Positions 26,101 through 35,876 of a stretch of 35,876 bases of DNA are shown one piece after another (positions within the stretch are counted from its first letter, which is position 1; every line of letters begins with the position of its first letter). The DNA lies in contig NEEC01000298.1 in assembly GCA_002189035.1 (NCBI GenBank), positions 1 to 35,876 of the forward strand, read 5' to 3'. The translations under genes and the position numbers were made by a program. The notes beneath the pieces are model-generated. The model saw only the letters and a program-made list of their open reading frames with translations. It made no database searches and was not told the DNA's origin. Source of the stretch: Utricularia gibba. Lineage: Eukaryota; Plantae; Magnoliophyta.

Positions 26101-28430
26101 TGCCACAAATTGGCCACCACGTTCGCGACGATGCGACTCGGAACACGAGAATCGACGCGATTGTGATTTTCGCCTTGCAAAACATCTGCGTTTTATTGGG
26201 TGACGTGAAGTATGGGTTTTCGAGGCGATCTCTGAACAAGCTCTGGTGTGTCCTACCCGCAGCCTCAAGTGGTATGGCCTCGCAGGCCGTTCGGCATCTC
26301 GTCGAACATCAGCTCTGGATGTTCCTACCACGCAGCCGCCATGCGTGGCCGTCGCACACCGTCCTTTCATCGTGTCGATACAGCTTCCGTGTTGAAAGCA
26401 TCTTCGTCCGAGGATGCATCAGAGCTCGAATTATCGCCTTATATTAGCCTTCAGATGTGCCACAAATTGGCCACCACGTTCGCGACGATGCGACTCGGAA
26501 CACGAGAATCGACGCGATTGTGATTTTCGCCTTGCAAAACATCTGCGTTTTATTGGGTGACGTGAAGTATGGGTTTTCGAGGCGATCTCTGAACAAGCTC
26601 TGGTCAGCTTCCTTGTTGACCCGCAGTTCGTCCGAGGGTGGCCTCGCAGAGCTCGAATTATCGCCTTATCTTAGCCTTCGTCGATGTCTTGATTGGCAGT
26701 TCGCGACGATGCAAGACTCGGAACATTTCGAGAATCACGATACCGTTTCGATTGTGAGCTTTTCGTCCGAGGATGCATTCGCATATTAGCCTTCAGATGT
26801 GCCACAAATTGGCCACCACGTTCGCGACGATGCGACTCGGAACACGAGAATCGACGCGATTGTGATTTTCGGCATCTGACGTGAAGTATGGGTTTTCGAT
26901 GCTCTGATCTCTGCAACAATATCTTGAAATGATGAGTCACGCTGCTGTTTCGAACCCTTTCCGTGCCGGTGTTCCGTGTTGAAAGCATACCCGCATAGCC
27001 TCATGTGCCACAAATTGGCCACCACGTTCGCGACGATGACTCGGAACACGAGAATCGACGCGATTGTGATTTTCGCCTTGCAAAACATCTGCGTTTTATT
27101 GGTGACGTGAAGTATGGGTTTTCGAGCGATCTCTGAACAAGCTCTGGGTGTGTCCTACCCGCAGCCTCATGGTGGCCTCGCACACCGTTCGGTATTTCGA
27201 TATCTGAAAACCGTGATGAGTCACGCTGCGCCGGCATACCGTTTCGAACCCCTTTCCGTGCCGGTCAGCTTCCGTGTTGAAAGCATCTTCGTCCGAGGAT
27301 GCATCAGAGCTCGAATTATCGCCTTATATTAGCCTTCAGATGTGCCACAAATTGGCCACCACGTTCGCGACGATGCGACTCGGAACACGAGAATCGACGC
27401 GATTGTGATTTTCGCCTTGCAAAACATCTGCGTTTTATTGGGTGACGTGAAGTATGGGTTTTCGAGGCGATCTCTGAACAAGCTCTGGTGTGTCCTACCG
27501 CAGCCTCATGGTGGCCTCGCACACCGTTCGGATCTCGATATCTTGAAGATGATGAGTCACGCTGCATGTTTCGAACCCTTCCGTGCCGGTCGCAAAGCAC
27601 ATCGTTCGGCATGTGCCACAAATTGGCCACCACGTTCGCGACGATGCGATCTCGACGCGATTGTGAAGATCTGCGTTTAAGACGTGAGTCACGCTCTGAA
27701 CAAGCCCCCTACCCGCAGCCTCATGGTGGCCTCGCACACCGTTCGGTATTTCGATATCCCCGTTTCCGCTGCGCCGGTACCGTTTCGAGTGCTTTCCGTG
27801 TTGAAAGCATCTTCGTCCGAGGATGCATCAGAGCTCGAATTATCGCCTTATCTTAGCCTTCTGCGATGCGGCATACCGAATTGGCAACACCCGTTCGCGA
27901 TGATGGTCGCTCGGAACACGAGAATCATCTTCGATTTCCGTGAGGATGGCAGAGCTCGAATTATCGCCTTATAAGCCTTCTGTGTTTTATTGGATTGGCC
28001 ACGTATGGGTTTTCGATGCGATCTCGACACAAGCTCTGCGGTGTGATTGTGATTCCGCAGCCTCATGGTGGCCTCGCACACCGTTCGGTATTGTCGGCCA
28101 TATTGAAGTATGGGTTTTCGAGGCGATCTCTGAACAAGCTCTGGTGTGTCCTACCCGCAGCCTCATGGTGGCCTCGCACACCGTTCGGCATTCGTCGATA
28201 TCTTGAAATCGCTCGCCCCGGCAGCTTCCGTGTTGAAAGCATCTTCGTCCGAGGATGCATCAGAGCTCGAATTATCGCCTTATATTAGCCTTCAGATGTG
28301 CCACAAATTGGCCACCACGTTCGCGACGATGCGACTCGGAACACGAGAATCGACGCGATTGTGATTTTCGGCTTGTCTGTTGACGTGAAGCGATCTTCAA
28401 GCTCCGCAGGATGGTATTCGGCGATATCTG
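23200..28430. other. Scrambled/degenerate segment of the array (shuffled monomer fragments with a few intact units)
   Basis: Register breaks at ~23226 (cccggcat|gtgccacaaat) and repeatedly afterwards, e.g. ~26600 caagctctgg|tcagcttcc. Recognisable pieces come from the unit but are out of order. Regular spacing resumes at 28525. Confidence 0.8.
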
Positions 28431-31400
28431 AGTGATGAGTCACGCTGCGCCCGGCATCCGTTTCGAACCCTTTCCGTGCCGGTCAGCTTCCGTGTTGAAA
28501 GCTTCTTCGTCCGAGGATGCATCAGAGCTCGAATTATCGCCTTATATTAGCCTTCAGATGTGCCACAAATTGGCCACCACGTTCGCGACGATGCGACTCG
28601 GAACACGAGAATCGACGCGATTGTGATTTTCGCTTGCAAAACATCTGTTTTATTGGATGACGTGAAGTATGGGTTTTCGAGGCGATCTCTGAACAAGCTC
28701 TGGGTGTGTCCCTACCCGCAGCCTCATGGTGGCCTCGCACACCGTTCGGTATTTCGGCCATATCCTGAAAACCGTGATGAGTCACGCTGCGCCGGCATAC
28801 CGTTTCGAACCCCTTTCCGTGCCGGTCAGCTTCCGTGTTGAAAGCATCTTCGTCCGAGGATGCATCAGAGCTCGAATTATCGCCTTATATTAGCCTTCAG
28901 ATGTGCCACAAATTGGCCACCACGTTCGCGACGATGCGACTCGGAACACGAGAATCGACGCGATTGTGATTTTCGCTTGCAAAACATCTGCGTTTTATTG
29001 GTGACGTGAAGTATGGGTTTTCGAGGCGATCTCTGAACAAGCTCTGGGTGTGTCCTACCCGCAGCCTCATGGTGGCCTCGCACACCGTTCGGCATTTCGT
29101 CGATATCCTGAAATCAAGATGAGTCACGCTGCGCCCGGCATACCGTTTCGAACCCTTTCCGTGCCGGTCAGCTTCCGTGTTGAAAGCTTCTTCGTCCGAG
29201 GATGCATCAGAGCTCGAATTATCGCCTTATATTAGCCTTCAGATGTGCCACAAATTGGCCACCACGTTCGCGACGATGCGACTCGGAACACGAGAATCGA
29301 CGCGATTGTGATTTTCGCTTGCAAAACATCTGCGTTTTATTGGATGACGTGAAGTATGGGTTTTCGAGGCGATCTCTGAACAAGCTCTGGGTGTGTCCTA
29401 CCCGCAGCCTCATGGTGGCCTCGCACACCGTTCGGTATTTCGGCCATATCTGAAAACCGTGATGAGTCACGCTGCGCCGGCATACCGTTTCGAACCCTTT
29501 CCGTGCCGGTCAGCTTCCGTGTTGAAAGCTCTTCGTCCGAGGATGCATCAGAGCTCGAATTATCGCCTTATATTAGCCTTCAGATGTGCCACAAATTGGC
29601 CACCACGTTCGCGACGATGCGACTCGGAACACGAGAATCGACGCGATTGTGATTTTCGCCTTGCAAAACATCTGCGTTTTATTGGGTGACGTGAAGTATG
29701 GGTTTTCGAGGCGATCTCTGAACAAGCTCTGGGTGTGTCCCTACCCGCAGCCTCATGGTGGCCTCGCACACCGTTCGGCATTCGTCGATATCCTGAAATC
29801 AAGATGAGTCACGCTGCGCCGGCATACCGTTTCGAACCCCTTTCCGTGCCGGTCAGCTTCCGTGTTGAAAGCATCTTCGTCCGAGGATGCATCAGAGCTC
29901 GAATTATCGCCTTATATTAGCCTTCAGATGTGCCACAAATTGGCCACCACGTTCGCGACGATGCGACTCGGAACACGAGAATCGACGCGATTGTGATTTT
30001 CGCCTTGCAAAACATCTGCGTTTTATTGGGTGACGTGAAGTATGGGTTTTCGAGGCGATCTCTGAACAAGCTCTGGTGTGTCCTACCCGCAGCCTCATGG
30101 TGGCCTCGCACACCGTTCGGTATTTCGGCCATATCCTGAAAACCGTGATGAGTCACGCTGCGCGGCATACCGTTTCGAACCCCTTTCCGTGCCGGTCAGC
30201 TTCCGTGTTGAAAGCATCTTCGTCCGAGGATGCATCAGAGCTCGAATTATCGCCTTATATTAGCCTTCAGATGTGCCACAAATTGGCCACCACGTTCGCG
30301 ACGATGCGACTCGGAAACACGAGAATCGACGCGATTGTGATTTTCGCCTTGCAAAACATCTGCGTTTTATTGGGTGACGTGAAGTATGGGTTTTCGAGGC
30401 GATCTCTGAACAAGCTCTGGTGTGTTCCTACCCGCAGCCTCATGGTGGCCTCGCACACCGTTCGGCATCTCGTCGATATCTTGAAATCAAGATGAGTCAC
30501 GCTGCGCCCGGCATACCGTTTCGAACCCCTTTCCGTGCCGGTCAGCTTCCGTGTTGAAAGCATCTTCGTCCGAGGATGCATCAGAGCTCGAATTATCGCC
30601 TTATATTAGCCTTCAGATGTGCCACAAATTGGCCACCACGTTCGCGACGATGCGACTCGGAACACGAGAATCGACGCGATTGTGATTTTCGCCTTGCAAA
30701 ACATCTGCGTTTTATTGGGTGACGTGAAGTATGGGTTTTCGAGGCGATCTCTGAACAAGCTCTGGGTGTGTCCCTACCCGCAGCCTCATGGTGGCCTCGC
30801 ACACCGTTCGGTATTTCGGCGATATCTTGAAATGATGAGTCACGCTGCGCCGGCATACCGTTTCGAACCCTTTCCGTGCCGGTCAGCTTCCGTGTTGAAA
30901 GCATCTTCGTCCGAGGATGCATCAGAGCTCGAATTATCGCCTTATATTAGCCTTCAGATGTGCCACAAATTGGCCACCACGTTCGCGACGATGCGACTCG
31001 GAACACGAGAATCGACGCGATTGTGATTTTCGCTTGCAAAATCTGCGTTTTATTGGATGACGTGAAGTATGGGTTTTCGAGCGATCTCTGAACAAGCTCT
31101 GGGTGTGTCCTACCCGCAGCCTCATGGTGGCCTCGCACACCGTTCGGTATTTCGATATCCTGAAAACCGTGATGAGTCACGCTGCGCCGGCATACCGTTT
31201 CGAACCCCTTTCCGTGCCGGTCAGCTTCCGTGTTGAAAGCATCTTCGTCCGAGGATGCATCAGAGCTCGAATTATCGCCTTATATTAGCCTTCAGATGTG
31301 CCACAAATTGGCCACCACGTTCGCGACGATGCGACTCGGAACACGAGAATCGACGCGATTGTGATTTTCGCCTTGCAAAACATCTGCGTTTATTGGGTGA

Positions 31401-33653
31401 CGTGAAGTATGGGTTTTCGAGGCGATCTCTGAACAAGCTCTGGTGTGTCCTACCCGCAGCCTCATGGTGGCCTCGCACACCGTTCGGTATTCGTCGATAT
31501 CTTGAAATCGATGAGTCACGCTGCGCCCGGCATACCGTTTCGAACCCCTTTCCGTGCCGGTCAGCTTCCGTGTTGAAAGCATCTTCGTCCGAGGATGCAT
31601 CAGAGCTCGAATTATCGCCTTATATTAGCCTTCAGATGTGCCACAAATTGGCCACCACGTTCGCGACGATGCGACTCGGAACACGAGAATCGACGCGATT
31701 GTGATTTTCGCCTTGCAAAACATCTGCGTTTTATTGGTGACGTGAAGTATGGGTTTTCGAGGCGATCTCTGAACAAGCTCTGGGTGTGTTCCTACCCGCA
31801 GCCTCATGGTGGCCTCGCACACCGTTCGGTATTTCGTCGATATCTTGAAAACCGTGATGAGTCACGCTGCGCCCGGCATACCGTTTCGAACCCTTTCCGT
31901 GCCGGTCAGCTTCCGTGTTGAAAGCTTCTTCGTCCGAGGATGCATCAGAGCTCGAATTATCGCTTATATTAGCCTTCAGATGTGCCACAAATTGGCCACC
32001 ACGTTCGCGACGATGCGACTCGGAACACGAGAATCGACGCGATTGTGATTTTCGGCTTGCAAAATCTGCGTTTTATTGGATGACGTGAAGTATGGGTTTT
32101 CGATGCGATCTCTGAACAAGCTCTGGGTGTGTCCCTACCCGCAGCCTCATGGTGGCCTCGCACACCGTTCGGTATTTCGATATCCTGAAAACCGTGATGA
32201 GTCACGCTGCGCCGGCATACCGTTTCGAACCCCTTTCCGTGCCGGTCAGCTTCCGTGTTGAAAGCATCTTCGTCCGAGGATGCATCAGAGCTCGAATTAT
32301 CGCCTTATATTAGCCTTCAGATGTGCCACAAATTGGCCACCACGTTCGCGACGATGCGACTCGGAACACGAGAATCGACGCGATTGTGATTTTCGCCTTG
32401 CAAAACATCTGCGTTTTATTGGGTGACGTGAAGTATGGGTTTTCGAGGCGATCTCTGAACAAGCTCTGGTGTGTCCCTACCCGCAGCCTCATGGTGGCCT
32501 CGCACACCGTTCGGTATTCGTCGATATCCTGAAATGATGAGTCACGCTGCGCCCGGCATACCGTTTCGAACCCTTTCCGTGCCGGTCAGCTTCCGTGTTG
32601 AAAGCTTCTTCGTCCGAGGATGCATCAGAGCTCGAATTATCGCCTTATATTAGCCTTCAGATGTGCCACAAATTGGCCACCACGTTCGCGACGATGACTC
32701 GGAACACGAGAATCGACGCGATTGTGATTTTCGGCTTGCAAAAGATCTGCGTTTTATTGGATGACGTGAAGTATGGGTTTTCGAGCGATCTCTGAACAAG
32801 CTCTGGGTGTGTCCTACCCGCAGCCTCATGGTGGCCTCGCACACCGTTCGGTATTTCGGCGATATCCTGAAAACCGTGATGAGTCACGCTGCGCCGGCAT
32901 ACCGTTTCGAACCCCTTTCCGTGCCGGTCAGCTTCCGTGTTGAAAGCATCTTCGTCCGAGGATGCATCAGAGCTCGAATTATCGCCTTATATTAGCCTTC
33001 AGATGTGCCACAAATTGGCCACCACGTTCGCGACGATGCGACTCGGAACACGAGAATCGACGCGATTGTGATTTTCGCCTTGCAAAACATCTGCGTTTTA
33101 TTGGGTGACGTGAAGTATGGGTTTTCGAGGCGATCTCTGAACAAGCTCTGGTGTGTTCCTACCCGCAGCCTCATGGTGGCCTCGCACACCGTTCGGTATT
33201 CGGATATCCTGAAATGATGAGTCACGCTGCGCCCGGCATACCGTTTCGAACCCTTTCCGTGCCGGTCAGCTTCCGTGTTGAAAGCATCTTCGTCCGAGGA
33301 TGCATCAGAGCTCGAATTATCGCCTTATATTAGCCTTCAGATGTGCCACAAATTGGCCACCACGTTCGCGACGATGCGACTCGGAACACGAGAATCGACG
33401 CGATTGTGATTTTCGCCTTGCAAAACATCTGCGTTTTATTGGGTGACGTGAAGTATGGGTTTTCGAGGCGATCTCTGAACAAGCTCTAGGTGTGTTCCTA
33501 CCCGCAGCCTCATGGTGGCCTCGCACACCGTTCGGCATCTCGTCGATATCTTGAAGATCATGATGAGTCACGCTGCGCCCGGCATACCGTTTCGAACCCT
33601 TTCCGTGCCGGTCAGCTTCCGTGTTGAAAGCTTCTTCGTCCGAGGATGCATCA

Positions 33654-33798
33654 GAGCTCGAATTATCGCCTCGCACACCGTTCGGTATTTCGATATCCTG
33701 AAAGTGATGAGTCACGCTGCGCCCGGCATACCGTTTCGAACCCCTTTCCGTGCCGGTCAGCTTCCGTGTTGAAAGCATCTTCGTCCGAGGATGCATCA
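33654..33798. repeat. Truncated 145-bp monomer with an internal ~200-bp deletion
   Basis: The sequence reads gagctcgaattatc-GCCT-cgcacaccgttcggtat. The start of the unit (tatcGCCTtatat) is fused to the middle (ggtgGCCTcgcac) through a shared GCCT at 33668-33671. Anchors at 33654 and 33799 are only 145 bp apart, and both flanks are clean. Confidence 0.85.
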
Positions 33799-35876
33799 GA
33801 GCTCGAATTATCGCCTTATATTAGCCTTCAGATGTGCCACAAATTGGCCACCACGTTCGCGACGATGCGACTCGGAACACGAGAATCGACGCGATTGTGA
33901 TTTTCGGCTTGCAAAAACATCTGTGTTTTATTGGTGATGTGAAGTATGGGTTTTCGAGGCGATCTCTGAACAAGCTCTAGGTGTGTTCCTACCCGCAGCC
34001 TCATGGTGGCCTCGCACACCGTTCGGCATCTCGTCGATATCTTGAAATCAAGATGAGTCACGCTGCGCCGGCATACCGTTTCGAACCCTTTCCGTGCCGG
34101 TCAGCTTCCGTGTTGAAAGCATCTTCGTCCGAGGATGCATCAGAGCTCGAATTATCGCCTTATATTAGCCTTCAGATGTGCCACAAATTGGCCACCACGT
34201 TCGCGACGATGCGACTCGGAACACGAGAATCGACGCGATTGTGATTTTCGCCTTGCAAAACATCTGCGTTTTATTGGGTGACGTGAAGTATGGGTTTTCG
34301 AGGCGATCTCTGAACAAGCTCTAGGTGTGTTCCTACCCGCAGCCTCATGGTGGCCTCGCACACCGTTCGGCATCTCGTCGATATCTTGAAGATCATGATG
34401 AGTCACGCTGCGCCCGGCATACCGTTTCGAAGCCCGTTCCGAGCCGGTCAGCTTCCGTGTTGAAAGCTTCTTCGTCCGAGGATGCATCAGAGCTCGAATT
34501 ATCGCCTTATATTAGCCTTCAGATGTGCCACAAATTGGCCACCACGTTCGCGACGATGCGACTCGGAACACGAGAATCGACGCGATTGTGATTTTCGGCT
34601 TGCAAAAATCTGCGTTTATTGGATGACGTGAAGTATGGGTTTTCGAGCGATCTCTGAACAAGCTCTGGGTGTGTCCCTACCCGCAGCCTCATGGTGGCCT
34701 CGCACACCGTTCGGTATTTCGATATCCTGAAAACCGTGATGAGTCACGCTGCGCCGGCATACCGTTTCGAACCCCTTTCCGTGCCGGTCAGCTTCCGTGT
34801 TGAAAGCATCTTCGTCCGAGGATGCATCAGAGCTCGAATTATCGCCTTATATAGCCTTCAGATGTGCCACAAATTGGCCACCACGTTCGCGACGATGCGA
34901 CTCGGAACACGAGAATCGACGCGATTGTGATTTTCGCCTTGCAAAACATCTGCGTTTTATTGGGTGACGTGAAGTATGGGTTTTCGAGGCGATCTCTGAA
35001 CAAGCTCTAGGTGTGTCCCTACCCGCAGCCTCATGGTGGCCTCGCACACCGTTCGGCATCTCGTCGATATCTTGAAGATCAAGATGAGTCACGCTGCGCC
35101 GGCATACCGTTTCGAACCCGTTCCGAGCCGGTCAGCTTCCGTGTTGAAAGCTTCTTCGTCCGAGGATGCATCAGAGCTCGAATTATCGCCTTATATTAGC
35201 CTTCAGATGTGCCACAAATTGGCCACCACGTTCGCGACGATGAGTTTCGGAACACGAGAATCGACGCGATTGTGATTTTCGGCTTGCAAAAGATCTGCGT
35301 TTTATTGGGACGTGAAGTATGGGTTTTCGATGCGATCTCTGAACAAGCTCTGGGTGTGTCCCTACCCGCAGCCTCATGGTGGCCTCGCACACCGTTCGGC
35401 ATTCGGCATATCCTGAAAACCGTGATGAGTCACGCTGCGCCGGCATACCGTTTCGAACCCTTTCCGTGCCGGTCAGCTTCCGTGTTGAAAGCATCTTCGT
35501 CCGAGGATGCATCAGAGCTCGAATTATCGCCTTATATTAGCCTTCAGATGTGCCACAAATTGGCCACCACGTTCGCGACGATGCGACTCGGAACACGAGA
35601 ATCGACGCGATTGTGATTTTCGCCTTGCAAAACATCTGCGTTTTATTGGTGACGTGAAGTATGGGTTTTCGAGGCGATCTCTGAACAAGCTCTAGGTGTG
35701 TTCCTACCCGCAGCCTCATGGTGGCCTCGCACACCGTTCGGCATCTCGTCGATATCTTGAAGATCAAGATGAGTCACGCTGCGCCCGGCATACCGTTTCG
35801 AACCCCTTTCCGTGCCGGTCAGCTTCCGTGTTGAAAGCATCTTCGTCCGAGGATGCATCAGAGCTCGAATTATCGC

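Larger units (their letters stand above)
1..35876. repeat. Head-to-tail tandem array (satellite-type) of a ~343-bp monomer, ~105-110 copies, running off both window ends
   Basis: The anchor GAGCTCGAATTATCGCC recurs at 51, 386, 731, 1055, 1393 ... 22959 (69 anchors, mean spacing ~337 bp) and at 28263, 28525, 28868 ... 35515, 35861 (24 anchors). The intervening zone is made of pieces of the same unit. All copies share one orientation and no unique sequence is seen. Confidence 0.98.

Noticed and set aside
18-35858. The several hundred 60-221 aa ORFs in the track (e.g. 12193-12858, 221 aa)
   Set aside because: All are alternative frames of the same unit (...IIALY*, ...TRESTRL*, ...GQLPC*). Their length depends on random indels, no frame stays open across units, and no recognisable domain is present.
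1-35876. CRISPR array
   Set aside because: There is no short repeat alternating with unique spacers. The entire 343 bp repeats, and no cas genes are present.
1-35876. Rolling-circle concatemer of a single small circle (viroid, plasmid or eccDNA)
   Set aside because: One template would give one haplotype or a strict period. Here the A/B order is irregular and private alleles are confined to local dimer blocks (28.7-30.1 kb, 34.4-35.1 kb). It is not formally excluded for a large multimeric circle.

Overview
The whole 35.9-kb window is one head-to-tail tandem array of a ~343-bp unit (satellite-type DNA). There are roughly 105-110 copies, all in one orientation, with no unique flanks and no foreign insertions. 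I anchored on the SacI site GAGCTCGAATT (51, 386, 731 ... 22959, then 28263 ... 35861). Most units are 335-347 bp; a reference unit (4366-4708) is 343 bp, 52.5% GC, with ~33 CpG. There are no credible protein-coding genes: every ORF is a frame-shifted re-reading of the same unit. The informative structure lies in the variation. There are two linked monomer haplotypes (A and B) plus 5'A/3'B chimeras, arranged non-randomly: BA and BAA blocks, a ~1.7-kb 5-mer period, and local ~685-bp dimer duplications carrying private variants. There is also one 145-bp microhomology-deleted unit and a 5.2-kb zone (~23.2-28.4 kb) of scrambled unit fragments that may be a long-read or consensus artefact. The unit carries a near-palindrome that reads as a degenerate hammerhead core on the minus strand, a long nested hairpin, and AP-1/CRE-like motifs. 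I do not recognise the family or organism, and I found no supportable new protein-based system.
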